From Longimicrobiales bacterium (lineage in GTDB: Bacteria; Gemmatimonadota; Gemmatimonadetes; Longimicrobiales; Gaopeijiaceae), in contig CAXXDD010000001.1 of the NCBI GenBank assembly GCA_963667485.2, positions 913,773 to 977,772 on the forward strand: 64,000 nt of DNA, given 5' to 3'. The notes below the pieces were generated by a model. The model was given only the letters and a program-made list of their open reading frames with translations, was not told the origin of the DNA and ran no database searches. The position numbers were made by a program, and so were the translations under genes. Shown one piece after another: positions 25,652-36,279 of the stretch; position 1 is the stretch's first letter; each line of letters begins with the position of its first letter.

Positions 25652-28600
25652 CACGCGCTCGGCGCTGGAACGTGCTGCTCGCACTGACCGTCACCTTCGC
25701 CTGCGGCGACGATCCGGCGGAGCCGGAGCCGGAGCCGCCACCCGTGAGCGTGGCGATCGAGCCGCCGCGCGCGCGAATTGCCATAGAAGGATCGGCCGAC
25801 CTGGAGTGGGTCGCGTTCGACGCGCAGGGCGAAAGACTGACGCGGCGCGCGGTGAGTTGGACGAACAGCGGCGATCCTAGAGTGGTGCGTCTGGACGTCG
25901 TGACCGGCGAAGGCACGTCATACGACGTGGCTCGCGTAACCGGCCAATTTCCTGGAACCACGACAATAACGGCTACCTGGCAAGGCACCACCGCCTCCGC
26001 GGAAATCGACGTGATCACAGTGTCGCGCGCACAACTGACTGCGTCGCCATCCACGCTCCGGGCCCTGGGGGACACGGTGCGCTTGGTCTTGGAGGCGTTC
26101 GACCAGTACGATCGTCCCATCGCGGCCGAGGAATTCGGCTGGGTATCGCGCAATAAGTCGGTGGTGGTCGTCGACATGACGGGTCTGGTGACGGCGGTGG
26201 GGAACGGGAGGACCGAGGTCGTTGCCACACTCGTGGAGGGCTTCGACGGGCCCGTTGTGAGCGTTGCGGTGGCGCAGCTAGCGACCGCTGTGAGCAGCGT
26301 GACGGTTGGGGACACGCTTCGGGCCTTGGGGGACACGCTCAAGCTGAGCGCGGAGGCCCGCGACGCGAACGGTCACTCCGTGCCGGCGGAGTTGCTCTCG
26401 TGGTCGTCGTCCGAAGACTCCGTGGTCGCCGTGGCCGGGCCGGGCCTTGTGACGGCCATCGGGCACGGGACCGCCGAGGTGTTCGCGGCCTCCAGCCTGG
26501 ACACGGCGAGCGCGGCCGTGACGGTCGAGCAGCGGGCGGTCGGCGTGCGCGTGGTGCCGTCGGCGGACACGCTCCGCGCCCTGCGCGACACCCTGAGGCT
26601 CGGAGCGGAGCAGTTGGACGCGAACGGCCACGCGCTTCCGGAGGACCGCGAGCCCGTGCGTGCCGTCTGGTCGTCGAGCGACGAGACCGTGGCAACGGTG
26701 GGCCCCGCCGGGCTGGTGACCGCCGTCGCCGAGGGAACGGTCGAGATCACGGCCAGACTGGTGGAAGCCGGCTTTGTCGCATCCACGTCAATTCGGGTCC
26801 TGTTCATCGGTGAGCGGGATGTGTTGGCGGCCCTCTACCGTTCGACGGGCGGCCCCGGCTGGACGCGCAACGACAACTGGCTGACGGACGCGCCGCTGGA
26901 CAGCTGGCACGGCGTCCATACCGACGCCCAGGGCCGGGTTGTCGCTCTGGCATTGACGTCCCTCCACGGCCGTGGCAACGGTCTGTCGGGATCGATTCCG
27001 CCGGAACTCGGATATCTTGACGAATTGCGCGAACTGAATTTCCGGGGCAACCAACTGACCGGCGCAATCCCGCGCCAACTCGGCCGGCTCGAGAATCTGA
27101 AGTCTCTCCGCATTGCCAGCAATCGTCTCACCGGCGCGATCCCCGCCGAGCTTGGCGCGCTCGCGAATCTGGAAGAACTGAACCTCTTCAACAACGCGCT
27201 TGAGACGATCCCCGCGGAACTCGGCAATCTCGGCAATCTCAGAATCCTCCACCTTTCCTACAACAAACTGACGGGTAGCATTCCTACACAGCTCTCTGGA
27301 CTCACCGAGCTGCGCGAGTTGAGGCTGGAAGAAAACCAGCTGACGGGCTCGGTCCCAGAGCTGGGCCGGCTCTCGAACCTGAGAGTTCTGGACCTTGGCC
27401 AGAATCGTCTGACGGGCGAGTTTCCGCGCGCACTCGTAGACCTTGCGAATCTTCGAGTGCTGAACCTGGGTGGCCGCCCAGGGTTCAACCAGTTCTCGGG
27501 CTCAATCCCGCCGGAGTTGGGCAGGCTGTCGAATCTCAGATCGCTTGGGTTGAGATCCCTCGGCCTGACGGGTGAGATCCCGCCGGAATTGGCAAATCTC
27601 AGCAATCTTGGAACGCTCTCTCTGGACGGCAACGAACTGACGGGTTCCATACCGGCGGGGCTCGGCGGCCTCTCCTTTCTCCGGAATCTGTATCTGAGCG
27701 GGAATCACCTGAGCGGGCCGATCCCGCCCGAGCTGGGGAAGCTTTCAGAGCTACGCCGGCTCTATCTTTGGGGGAACCGGCTCGAAGGCCGGTTACCGGT
27801 GGAACTCGCCAACCTGACGAACCTCGGGGAGCTCCTGTTGACCGACAACCCGCAGTTGGCAGGCCCGCTTCCGCCCGTGCTCGGCTCTCTGCCCGGGCTT
27901 TGGTCCCTGATCGTTGCGCGGACGGGTCTGTCGGGACCGATCCCCCTGGAATTCGTCAACCTGGGGCTCGGGCGGTTCGAGTGGTCCGAGTCGCAGCTGT
28001 GCGCGCCGGCCGACCCCGCATTCCAGGCGTGGCTGGAGACCATCCGCGCCCGGCTGGACGGCCCGCCCTGCTTCGCGGACGCGCTGGCCGCGCTCTACGA
28101 GTCGGCCGGCGGCGCTGGCTGGGCGAACGCCGGCAACTGGCTGACCGACGCGCCGGTGTCGGAGTGGCACGGGGTGACCGCCGGCGCGGACGGGCGCGTG
28201 ACGGCGCTCGACCTTCGTGGCAACGGGCTCGCGGGCACGGTGCCGCCCGAGATCGGTGTCCTCCTGGATCTCACCCGCCTCGACCTTCGGGACAACGCGC
28301 TGGCCGGCGAGTTGCCGGCCGAACTGGGCGAGCTTGGCGAGCTCCGTGAGCTGTATCTGTCGGACAATGGGTTCGAGGGCAGGCTGCCTGCCGAACTCGG
28401 CGGCCTGTCCGAGCTCACGACGCTGGACGTGGCCCGGAACCGGTTCACGGGCGCACTGCCCGGCTCGCTCGCCGGGCTTTCGGAGCTGGCCGACTTCCAG
28501 TGGAACGAGAGCGGGCTCTGCGCTTCGCCGGCCGCCTGGTTCCAGGAGTGGCTCGGGACGATCGCGAATCACGCCGGGGGGCCGAGCTGTTCGTCCCGGC

Positions 28601-30099
28601 TGCTGCTTGCGGTGCCGGCGGCGCATGTGAACCAGGCCGCGCAGAACCTTGAGGGCGCCGTGCCGCTGATCGCCGGAAGGACGGGGCTCCTGCGGGTGTT
28701 CGCCACGGCGGACCAGGCGAACGACCAGCGGCCCGGAGCGCGCGCGACGTTCTTCCTGAACGGCCGGGAAGTGCACCGCGCCGAAATGGAACTCGGTTCC
28801 GAGCGCGGCATCCCCGAGGATGCGGTCTCCGGCGAGCCGGGTCAGTACTTCGGCGCGCGGATTCCCGGAAGCGTCCTGGTGCCGGGGATCGAGATGGTGG
28901 TCGAGGTGGACCCCGACGGGGCGGTACCTCGGGCGCCGGGCAGCGTGGTGCGCTATCCGGAGCGGGGCCGGGCCGCGCTCGACGTGCGCGAGATGCCGCA
29001 CTGGGAGCTGACCGTGGTGCCCGTTCTGGCCGCCCAGGATCCGGACAGCACCGTGCTCGACTGGGTCGAGGGGATGGGACCGGGCCACCCGGCGATCGAA
29101 TACGTGACGAACGTACTCCCCGTCGGCGAGTATTCCGTGCGCTTGCGCGAACCGTTCGTCCGGTCGCCGGCTCCCTTGGAAGACGTGCTAGACTGGAGTT
29201 TCTTTCACCGTGAAATCGCGCTGCTCCGAGCGATCGAGGGCGGAACCGGTGCCTACTACGGGGTCATCGGCGGCCAATTGGGAGGGATCGAAGGCGTTGG
29301 GAGTCCACCCGTGGCCGTGGGCACGCTAAGACTGACTACAATGGCCCACGAACTCGGCCACACGATGGACTTGGGGCATTCGACGTGCGGGCTCAACTTC
29401 TTCACGGACCCGCTCTACCCGTATTCCGACGGCTCGATCGGCGTCTGGGGATACGACGCGCGAGGCGATACCCTGGTGCCGCCCACGACGCCCGACGTGA
29501 TGGGCTACTGCGGCCACCGGCCCAATTGGATCAGCGACTACTATTTCCACCAGGCGATGAGATACCGGCTCGAGACGGAGAGCGCCGCTCCCCGGAACGC
29601 CGCGCAGGTTGCACCCGCGGAGCGGGGCCGGCACCTGCTGCTCTGGGGCGGCGCGAATGCGGACGGCGAGCTGCGGCTGGATCCCGCCTTCACCCTCGAT
29701 ATGCCCGCGCAGCTTCCGGCCCGTCCAGGACCCTACCGCCTCGAAGGGTTCGGCCGCGGCGGTGCGTCCGAATTCTCGCTCGACTTCGCGATGGACGACA
29801 TCGGCCACGGCGGCGGTACATTTCTGTTCGCGATCCCATTCGACGAAGACTGGCAGGACTCGCTTCAGCGGATCGTGCTCACCGGACCGGACGGGACGGT
29901 CGAATTGAATGAGGCTAGCCGGGAACCCGTGGCGCTCGTGCTCGACGCCACCGGCCGCCTTCGGTCCGTGCTGCGGGGCGAGGATGCCGGTGCAGCTGTG
30001 GCCACCGTTGCCGCTGATGCGACAGATCAAGGCGGCTCCGTTACCGACACGCGCACGCTGGTCAGTTTCGGCCTGCCCGACAGGGCGCCGCCCAACTGA
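25648..30099 (+). CDS. Giant surface lipoprotein (1483 aa): Big_2 Ig-like repeats + two plant-type LRR modules + C-terminal HExxH(x5)H metalloprotease-like domain
   Basis: A TTG start gives MTRARRWNVLLALTVTFAC (lipobox). At least four repeats fit TLRALGDT.(R/K)L...WSSS..(S/T)V..V...GLVTAV..GT.E. The 24-residue LRRs read L..L..L.L..N.LTG.IP.ELG, each block preceded by an LRRNT-like cap (ALAALY...W...NWLTDAP...WHGV). HELGHTMDLGH lies at 29347-29379, followed by PDVMGYC. Confidence 0.8.
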   Translation: MTRARRWNVLLALTVTFACGDDPAEPEPEPPPVSVAIEPPRARIAIEGSADLEWVAFDAQGERLTRRAVSWTNSGDPRVVRLDVVTGEGTSYDVARVTGQFPGTTTITATWQGTTASAEIDVITVSRAQLTASPSTLRALGDTVRLVLEAFDQYDRPIAAEEFGWVSRNKSVVVVDMTGLVTAVGNGRTEVVATLVEGFDGPVVSVAVAQLATAVSSVTVGDTLRALGDTLKLSAEARDANGHSVPAELLSWSSSEDSVVAVAGPGLVTAIGHGTAEVFAASSLDTASAAVTVEQRAVGVRVVPSADTLRALRDTLRLGAEQLDANGHALPEDREPVRAVWSSSDETVATVGPAGLVTAVAEGTVEITARLVEAGFVASTSIRVLFIGERDVLAALYRSTGGPGWTRNDNWLTDAPLDSWHGVHTDAQGRVVALALTSLHGRGNGLSGSIPPELGYLDELRELNFRGNQLTGAIPRQLGRLENLKSLRIASNRLTGAIPAELGALANLEELNLFNNALETIPAELGNLGNLRILHLSYNKLTGSIPTQLSGLTELRELRLEENQLTGSVPELGRLSNLRVLDLGQNRLTGEFPRALVDLANLRVLNLGGRPGFNQFSGSIPPELGRLSNLRSLGLRSLGLTGEIPPELANLSNLGTLSLDGNELTGSIPAGLGGLSFLRNLYLSGNHLSGPIPPELGKLSELRRLYLWGNRLEGRLPVELANLTNLGELLLTDNPQLAGPLPPVLGSLPGLWSLIVARTGLSGPIPLEFVNLGLGRFEWSESQLCAPADPAFQAWLETIRARLDGPPCFADALAALYESAGGAGWANAGNWLTDAPVSEWHGVTAGADGRVTALDLRGNGLAGTVPPEIGVLLDLTRLDLRDNALAGELPAELGELGELRELYLSDNGFEGRLPAELGGLSELTTLDVARNRFTGALPGSLAGLSELADFQWNESGLCASPAAWFQEWLGTIANHAGGPSCSSRLLLAVPAAHVNQAAQNLEGAVPLIAGRTGLLRVFATADQANDQRPGARATFFLNGREVHRAEMELGSERGIPEDAVSGEPGQYFGARIPGSVLVPGIEMVVEVDPDGAVPRAPGSVVRYPERGRAALDVREMPHWELTVVPVLAAQDPDSTVLDWVEGMGPGHPAIEYVTNVLPVGEYSVRLREPFVRSPAPLEDVLDWSFFHREIALLRAIEGGTGAYYGVIGGQLGGIEGVGSPPVAVGTLRLTTMAHELGHTMDLGHSTCGLNFFTDPLYPYSDGSIGVWGYDARGDTLVPPTTPDVMGYCGHRPNWISDYYFHQAMRYRLETESAAPRNAAQVAPAERGRHLLLWGGANADGELRLDPAFTLDMPAQLPARPGPYRLEGFGRGGASEFSLDFAMDDIGHGGGTFLFAIPFDEDWQDSLQRIVLTGPDGTVELNEASREPVALVLDATGRLRSVLRGEDAGAAVATVAADATDQGGSVTDTRTLVSFGLPDRAPPN

Positions 30100-30269
30100 G
30101 CGGAGATCCCGAGGCTCCGAGAGCGGCAGACCCCTCCTACGCGGCTGGCTTGGCGGGCCGAGACCCGCGAGCAGGCGCTTGGAGCGGCGTTTCGGAATCG
30201 TCCGCTGGGCTGACTTGAGCCCCTCGCCAGCCCCTCTGTGCCCGCAAGGGCAGGTAGGCTCCCCGGCCA

Positions 30270-30562
30270 AGAACGGTCGGGAGCCAGTTCTTCGGACGGG
30301 GCCGGAGTCCCGCCACGCTCTCTCAGCGCGACTGGGACCGGTTCATCCGGGCACGGCGCGCGGGCAGGATCGGCCCGAGCGGCAGGCCGGTGTCCGACCG
30401 GACCATCGAAAGCGACCTGAAGTTCCTGATCGCCGTGCTCAACTGGGCCGCCAAGTCGAGGGACGCGCAGGGGCACCTGCTCCTTGACTCGAATCCCCTG
30501 AGAGGCCTGAAGACGCCCACGGAGAAGAACCCCACGCGAGTGGTGTTGTCCGAAGAGGAAGA
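30270..30562 (+). pseudogene. Integrase remnant, paralogous to 19085-20239, lacking the catalytic domain
   Basis: 30313-30560 aligns with 19452-19700 at about 85 percent nt identity by eye (RDWDRFIRARRAG...DLKFLIAV.NWA.KS.D..G.LLL.SNPL.GLKTPTEKNPTRVVLSEEE). The sequence then jumps directly to the att-like repeat. The left boundary is approximate. Confidence 0.8.
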
Positions 30563-30599
30563 AAGATACAAACATGACACCGCATGACGTAACGTCAGG
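30563..30599 (+). repeat. att-like repeat, copy B
   Basis: See copy A. The 20-nt core lies at 30580-30599 and the palindrome at 30585-30597. The right flank is the 3' end of the PQQ dehydrogenase gene. Confidence 0.8.
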
Positions 30600-30620
30600 G
30601 TCCCAAGTCGATTTGGCCCC

Positions 30621-32651
30621 CTACTCCGGCAATCGCAACGCCACGAGCCTCCCCGGACGTCCCACCTGCACCACCACGTGCTGCTGTCCTTCGTGGCTGT
30701 AGGTCATCATCCCGTACTGGCCGGCACCCGGCATCTCCACGGTGCCCACGCGCTCGCCCGTCATCTTGTCGAACGCGTTGAGGACCGGCGGTCCGTTGGC
30801 GCCCTCGGTCGTGTAGAGCAGGTCGCCCGCCACCATCTGGATCGAGAGGCCGCCGCCCCCGGCGCGTGACAGGTCCACGCCCTGCGCTGCCGGGTGATCG
30901 CGAATCGCCTCGGCGACCTCGCCGATGGGGATCCACCAGAGCCGCTCGCCGGTGTTCATGTCGTACGCGGAGAGGCGGTTGTACGGAGGTTTGGGGATCG
31001 GCAGCCCCTGCACGCGCGGCAGCCCGCCGCCCGCGCCCGCGACCCATTGGGAAATGGTGATGCCCGTGGTCGCGGGATTGTCGGGTTCGTCGGCGTCCGC
31101 GCCGGAACCGACCCGCCCGCCGCTGCAATTGCGCCGATGCGACGCGTACAGGATGCCCGTCGTGGGATCGAGGGTGGCCGGATGCGTGATGTTGAGCCCG
31201 CCGTAGCAGCGGATGTTCTCGGCGACCGGACCGTCGTAGCCCTCGTAGAGGCGCGGCACGAAGGGTCCGCCCACCCGGTAGCGGCTGATGATCTCCATCG
31301 CCTCGGCGCGCAGCTCGGGGGTGAAGTCGATGACGTCGTCGTCCGACAGGCCGATCGGCTCCATCGGCTCGGGCCACGTCGGCACGGGCTGCGTGGCCGC
31401 CGTCCAGTTGCCCGGCACCTCGGTCTGCACGACCTCCACCTCTTCGATCGGCCAGATCGGCTCGCCCGTCTCGCGGTTGAAGGCGAAGATCAGGCCGGTC
31501 TTCGTGGTCTGGATCACCGCAGGCACCGCCTGGCCGTCCACGGTCAGGTCCACGACGATGGGCACGTTGGGCAGGTCGTAGTTCCACTGGTCGTTGTGGA
31601 CGGTCTGATAGTGCCACACACGCTCGCCGGTCCCCGCGTCCAGCGCGATGACGCTGGTGCCGAACAGGTTGTGTCCCGGACGGAAGCCGCCGAAGTAGTC
31701 GATCGTGGGCGGGTTGGTGGGGATGTAGACGATTCCGCGCTCGTAGTCGGCCGACATCGGCGCCCACGAGGACACGTCACCCGTATACTCCCACGCGTCG
31801 TTCTCCCAGGTCTCGTGTCCGAACTCGCCCGGGCGGGGGATGACGTGGAACTTCCACCTGTGTTCGCCGGTGCGCGCGTCGAAGCCCAGGATGTCGCCCG
31901 GCACGTTCTCGATCCGCGTCTGGTAGTAGCCCTGCTCGGCCGAGTTGCCGACCACGACCACGCCGTCCACCACGATCGGCGGCGACGACGTCGTGATGTA
32001 CCCGAGTTCGCGCGGGATGCCGTAGTTCGGGTCGTAGTCGTCCTCGGTGCCCTCCCAGGGCCCCCAGCCGTCGAGAAGGGGCGGCAGCATGTCCACAACG
32101 CCCGTCTCCGGGAACCCCTCGATCGGCACCGGCTGTCCGAACCCTTCGACGTGGCGCCCGGTCTTCGCGTCCAGCGCATGCAGGAAGAACCCGGGCGACG
32201 TGTAGTAGATCACGCCGCGTCCATCGAGCTCGCCGTAGGCCACGCCCTTGCCGTAGTTCTGCCGCATCGAGCGCTCCCAGCGCATCGTATTCGGCTCGCG
32301 GTAGGTCCACACCGTTTCGCCGGTCGCAGGATCGATGGCCGCCACGGTCCGCCGCTCTCCTGCCACCGTGTACAGCATCCCGTCGATGTACGTCGGGGTC
32401 GACTTCATCTGCGGATCGACATCGGGCCCGAAGTTGTTCGCATGCCACACCCACGCCACCTCGAGATCCTCGAAGTTGCCCGCGTTGACCTGGTCGACGG
32501 GCGAAAACCGGGTGCCCCAGGCATCGGCGCTCTGAAAGCGCCACTCGCCGTCGGGGTTCTGGCGGTCCTGGGCGATAGCCGCGGCGGGCGCAGCGAGCAG
32601 CAGGGCGGGGACGATGACCAAAACGGGCCGCATGGGGGGACTCCTGTTCAT
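30621..32651 (-). CDS. PQQ-dependent dehydrogenase (quinoprotein, beta-propeller), secreted
   Basis: It has a signal peptide. W-motif propeller repeats (AIDPATGETVWTY, ALDAKTGR, GFDARTGEHRWKF, ALDAGTGERVWHY, AYDMNTGERLWW) are typical of the methanol/ethanol/glucose quinoprotein family. Confidence 0.85.
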   Translation of the reverse strand: MNRSPPMRPVLVIVPALLLAAPAAAIAQDRQNPDGEWRFQSADAWGTRFSPVDQVNAGNFEDLEVAWVWHANNFGPDVDPQMKSTPTYIDGMLYTVAGERRTVAAIDPATGETVWTYREPNTMRWERSMRQNYGKGVAYGELDGRGVIYYTSPGFFLHALDAKTGRHVEGFGQPVPIEGFPETGVVDMLPPLLDGWGPWEGTEDDYDPNYGIPRELGYITTSSPPIVVDGVVVVGNSAEQGYYQTRIENVPGDILGFDARTGEHRWKFHVIPRPGEFGHETWENDAWEYTGDVSSWAPMSADYERGIVYIPTNPPTIDYFGGFRPGHNLFGTSVIALDAGTGERVWHYQTVHNDQWNYDLPNVPIVVDLTVDGQAVPAVIQTTKTGLIFAFNRETGEPIWPIEEVEVVQTEVPGNWTAATQPVPTWPEPMEPIGLSDDDVIDFTPELRAEAMEIISRYRVGGPFVPRLYEGYDGPVAENIRCYGGLNITHPATLDPTTGILYASHRRNCSGGRVGSGADADEPDNPATTGITISQWVAGAGGGLPRVQGLPIPKPPYNRLSAYDMNTGERLWWIPIGEVAEAIRDHPAAQGVDLSRAGGGGLSIQMVAGDLLYTTEGANGPPVLNAFDKMTGERVGTVEMPGAGQYGMMTYSHEGQQHVVVQVGRPGRLVALRLPE

Positions 32652-32697
32652 GGGGATCGGATGTCACCCCAATGGTAGGGTGGCCCGGGGCTATGCG

Positions 32698-33060
32698 CTA
32701 TGTGGCCAGCGGCACCATGGACGACTTGCGGATCACCGAGTCCCGCGTGACGAGCGGAACACCGTGCACGACGCTCGTGGCCGCGATGATCTCGTCGGCC
32801 GGTTCACCCCGGAAATCCAGTCTGGTGGAGGCTCGGGCCACTGCCAGGTCGATCGGCCACCTGTGGATCCGGCTCAGGGTTCGCAGCACCTGCCGGTCAT
32901 CGAGATCCAACTCGATTCGTCCCAGTTGGACCAGCTTCGCGATCTCCCACAAGACAATTGCGGAGACCGACCACTGGTCCCGGGCGAGCAGTTCCACCTC
33001 GCTGGCCTTCAGTTCTCCCTGAAGGGCATAAACCAGGATGTGTGTATCGAGGTTCAGCAC
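32698..33060 (-). CDS. vapC: PIN-domain toxin, VapC family
   Basis: MLNLDTHILVYAL... followed by ADEIIAATSVVHGVPLVTRD is the PIN acidic residue pattern. It overlaps the upstream antitoxin gene. Confidence 0.8.
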   Translation of the reverse strand: MLNLDTHILVYALQGELKASEVELLARDQWSVSAIVLWEIAKLVQLGRIELDLDDRQVLRTLSRIHRWPIDLAVARASTRLDFRGEPADEIIAATSVVHGVPLVTRDSVIRKSSMVPLAT

Positions 33061-33311
33061 TCCGCGTCCCAGCGAATCCCGGTGGACATGATGTCTCCCT
33101 TGACTTTCATCTTATCCCGCAAGCTGCCGATCAGGCTGGCCGAATCCCGATCGTAGGGTAACACCCGCGCTACCGGCTTACCCCGCTTGGTGATCACCAA
33201 ACCATCAGGACCCAGCCGGTCCAGCAACGCCAGGCACTGCTCCTTGAATCGAGCGGCCCCTATCGTTTGCGGCTGCGCCGGGTCTTTCCCCGTTGTTGTC
33301 TGTGCCTTCAT
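33054..33311 (-). CDS. Phd/YefM-type antitoxin
   Basis: IGAARFKEQCLALLDRLGPDGLVITKRGKPVARVLPY is the Phd/YefM N-terminal fold pattern. It sits immediately upstream of vapC. Confidence 0.7.
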   Translation of the reverse strand: MKAQTTTGKDPAQPQTIGAARFKEQCLALLDRLGPDGLVITKRGKPVARVLPYDRDSASLIGSLRDKMKVKGDIMSTGIRWDAEC

Positions 33312-33373
33312 GATCCCAGGCTCCGATGAACTGGACACGTTAAATGTCTGGATATATTATATGACCAGACACT

Positions 33374-35800
33374 TCATCTGTCCAACTCCGCCAGCACCCG
33401 CTCCGGCCTGAGCGGCAGCCGCCGCATGCGAATCCCCGTCGCGTCGTGGATGGCATTCGCGATGGCCGCGGGGACCGTCCGGTGGGAAGGTTCGCCCGCG
33501 CCGTACGGGAGCAGGTCGGGGCGGTCGGGGTTCGGGTCGCCGTTGACGATCACGACGTCGATGCGCTCGGGGGTGTCGGTGTGGGTCAGCGTGGGGTGCG
33601 TGCGCCAGTCCACGCTGGTGACCTTCTCGTCGTCGAACTGCACTTCTTCATACAGCGTGCGGCTGATCCCGTGCAGCAGGTTGCCCTGGACGGTGCTTTC
33701 AAGCCCATCCGGGTTGATCACGAGTCCGCAGTCGTGGCCGCACACCATGCGCTTCACCCACACGCGCCCCGTCTCGCGGTCGACCTCGACCTCGGCGATC
33801 GTGGCGACCGTGGTGCGGGCCCGGTACGCGTACGCGATGCCGCGCCCGGTGAGGATGCGCTCGCTGCCGACCGCTCCGGGCGACGGGCGGGGATCCCAGC
33901 CGTAGGCTTCGGCGGCCGCCTCCACCACCGCGATCGATCGGGCCCGGCGGTGCGCGTCGTCGTCGTCGGTGGACCCGCGCAGGAGCCGCAACCGGAAGTC
34001 GACCGGGTCGGCGCCGCTGGCCGCAGCCAGTTCGTCGATGAAGGACTCGCCGGCGAAGGTCGTCTGCGGCCCGTTGGGATCGCGCAGGTTGCCGGTGCGG
34101 AGCGGCGTCTCGAATGCCTGCGGGAATCGGACCGGCAGGGTCTCCTGGCGCCGGTTCGGAATGTGGTACAAGTCGTCGGGCCCCCGGCCGCCGCCCGGGG
34201 AGGGCCGCTCGGGACGCAGCCCCATGAGCTGGGCGATCAGCACCGTACGGGCCTGGTTGTACCCGACGTGCGCGTAGTTGGCGATGCGGGCGCGGTAGTC
34301 CAGCGCGATCAGATTGCCGCCGGCGTCGAGTCCCCCGCGCAGATCGATGGCGAATGCGGGACCCTTGGTGTCCCACGCGGTCTCTTCATAACGCGACCAC
34401 TGCACGCGCACGGGGCGGCCGAGTTCCTTCGCCAGGAAGGCGGCCTCGAAGCCCGCGTCGTCGGCAGCCGTGCGGCCGTACAGCTGCGGCCCGTCCATCC
34501 AGATCACGCGCACGCGGTCCGGCGGCATGTCGAGGAACTCGGCGATCCCGGTGCGGTGGCTGTACGGCTTCATGTCGTTCGTGAAGATCGTCATTTGGCC
34601 GTCGGACGGGTCGGCCAGGGCGTGTGCGGGACCGATCGCGGTGTGCCCCTGGAACGGCACGTCGTAGGCGGCCTCGAGGACGGTCGCGGCGCCGGCCAAC
34701 GCCGCCTCCGGATCGCCCTGGGGCCGCGGGGGCGGACGGCCGCCGCCGGGCGCCGCCACCGGATCCGCGCTCCGCATGTAGTCGAACAGGTCGTCGGAGC
34801 GCGGGAAGGGCGACGCATCCGGCTTCTCCCATTGCACCACGAGCCGGTCCGCCGCCTCGATCGCCTGCTCCTCGCGCTCGCACACCACCGCGACGTAGTT
34901 GCCCCGGCTCACGACGCGGATGAACCCTGGAAGGCCGCTCACCGACGACTCGTCGATGCCGGCCAGCGTCGCGCCCACCACCGGGGGCCGCACGTTGCGC
35001 GCGTGCACCATCCCGGGCAGCGCCACGTCGACCGCCCAATCGAGCGATGCGTCGACCTTGCCGGGGATGTCGTACCGGGGGATCGACTGCCCGACCAGCT
35101 TGAGGTCCTGGACGGGCTTCACGCTCGCGACCCCGGTGGCCGCGTTGACGCTGCCGCCGGTCAGCGCGATGTCGAAGCGGCGTCCGCCGACCAGTTCCCC
35201 GTACGTCACCATTCGCGCGCGGTCGTCCCGCACCGAGATTACGCCATCACTCACGTCGAGGTCGCCCACGGGGACGCCGAAGCGCTCCGAGGCCATCTCG
35301 AGCAGCACCCGCCGCCCTTCCGCCGCCACGCGGCGGGACACCATCGCATCACGCTCGATCGCGTCGGACCCTCCCGACCCGCCCTGATCGACGGTCTTGT
35401 CGGTGCGGCCCATGACGAGGGTGGCCATGTCGTAGGCGATGTCGAGCTCGTCGCACATGATCTGGCGCGTGGCCGTCCCGGTGCCCTGGCCGCCGTCGGT
35501 CTTGCCGACGTAGAAGGTCGCGGTGCCGTCCTCGTGGACGACCAGCCAGGAGTCGAGCTGGAGGAAATCGGGATCGGGGTAGAGGGGAGGCTCGTTCGGG
35601 TCGGCGCCGGGGACCCCGCGGCGCATGCCGGCCGCGCCCAAGCCGCTGAATCCGAGGACAAACAGCCCCGAGGTCTTGACGAAGTCGCGGCGGGAGGAGG
35701 TGCCGTCCCAGGGCGCGAGGGCGCGGTCAACGTCGGCGGGGAGTTGGCGCTCGTCCGCCCGGGGTCCAGGGCGTGGTTGGTCCGTCCGCTGGCCGCTCAA
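33374..35800 (-). CDS. Molybdopterin-binding subunit of an aldehyde oxidase/xanthine dehydrogenase-family oxidoreductase (IorB-like), Tat-exported
   Basis: It has a Tat signal [18 protein letters not shown], is about 800 aa and resembles the IorB/membrane-bound aldehyde dehydrogenase large subunit. An ATGA overlap joins it to the upstream 2Fe-2S gene. Confidence 0.8.
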   Translation of the reverse strand: MSGQRTDQPRPGPRADERQLPADVDRALAPWDGTSSRRDFVKTSGLFVLGFSGLGAAGMRRGVPGADPNEPPLYPDPDFLQLDSWLVVHEDGTATFYVGKTDGGQGTGTATRQIMCDELDIAYDMATLVMGRTDKTVDQGGSGGSDAIERDAMVSRRVAAEGRRVLLEMASERFGVPVGDLDVSDGVISVRDDRARMVTYGELVGGRRFDIALTGGSVNAATGVASVKPVQDLKLVGQSIPRYDIPGKVDASLDWAVDVALPGMVHARNVRPPVVGATLAGIDESSVSGLPGFIRVVSRGNYVAVVCEREEQAIEAADRLVVQWEKPDASPFPRSDDLFDYMRSADPVAAPGGGRPPPRPQGDPEAALAGAATVLEAAYDVPFQGHTAIGPAHALADPSDGQMTIFTNDMKPYSHRTGIAEFLDMPPDRVRVIWMDGPQLYGRTAADDAGFEAAFLAKELGRPVRVQWSRYEETAWDTKGPAFAIDLRGGLDAGGNLIALDYRARIANYAHVGYNQARTVLIAQLMGLRPERPSPGGGRGPDDLYHIPNRRQETLPVRFPQAFETPLRTGNLRDPNGPQTTFAGESFIDELAAASGADPVDFRLRLLRGSTDDDDAHRRARSIAVVEAAAEAYGWDPRPSPGAVGSERILTGRGIAYAYRARTTVATIAEVEVDRETGRVWVKRMVCGHDCGLVINPDGLESTVQGNLLHGISRTLYEEVQFDDEKVTSVDWRTHPTLTHTDTPERIDVVIVNGDPNPDRPDLLPYGAGEPSHRTVPAAIANAIHDATGIRMRRLPLRPERVLAELDR

Positions 35801-36279
35801 CGGTCCGCCCCCCCGTCAGCCATCGCCGCGGCCGCGCGCTTCACCGCAGCCTGGATCCGGTAGTAGGTCATGCAGCGGCAGAGAACGCGGTTCATCCCCT
35901 CGCGAATCTCGTCGTCGCCGGGGCTGGGGTTGTCGTCGAGCAGCGCCGCGGCCGTGAGGATCTGGCCGTTCTGGCAGTACCCGCACTGCGGCACCTGCTC
36001 GTCGATCCAGGCCTGCTGGACCGGGTGCAGGTCGCCGTCCGCGGACAGCCCCTCGAGCGTCGTGATCTCGGTGCCCTGGGCGCGCGAGACCGGCCGGGTG
36101 CACGAGCGCACCGCGGTGCCGTTCATGAGCACCGTGCACGTTCCGCACTGACTGAGGCCGCAGCCGAAGCGGGGCCCGCGCAGCCCGAGATCGTTGCGCA
36201 GCACGTAGAGGAGCGGCGTCGACGGATCGACGTCGACCGTATGCGTCTCGCCGTTGACCCTGAGCGTGATCTGGCTCAT
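35797..36279 (-). CDS. (2Fe-2S)-binding small subunit (IorA-like)
   Basis: [48 protein letters not shown]...[11 protein letters not shown]...LCRC shows two [2Fe-2S] cysteine clusters. Confidence 0.88.
   Translation of the reverse strand: MSQITLRVNGETHTVDVDPSTPLLYVLRNDLGLRGPRFGCGLSQCGTCTVLMNGTAVRSCTRPVSRAQGTEITTLEGLSADGDLHPVQQAWIDEQVPQCGYCQNGQILTAAALLDDNPSPGDDEIREGMNRVLCRCMTYYRIQAAVKRAAAAMADGGADR

Noticed and set aside
25700-28560. Periodic DNA repeats that might suggest a CRISPR array or satellite.
   Set aside because: The periodicity is that of coding Big_2 (about 250 nt) and LRR (72 nt) protein repeats within one long open frame. The copies are divergent at the DNA level and have no spacer/repeat structure. 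No CRISPR array is visible in the window.
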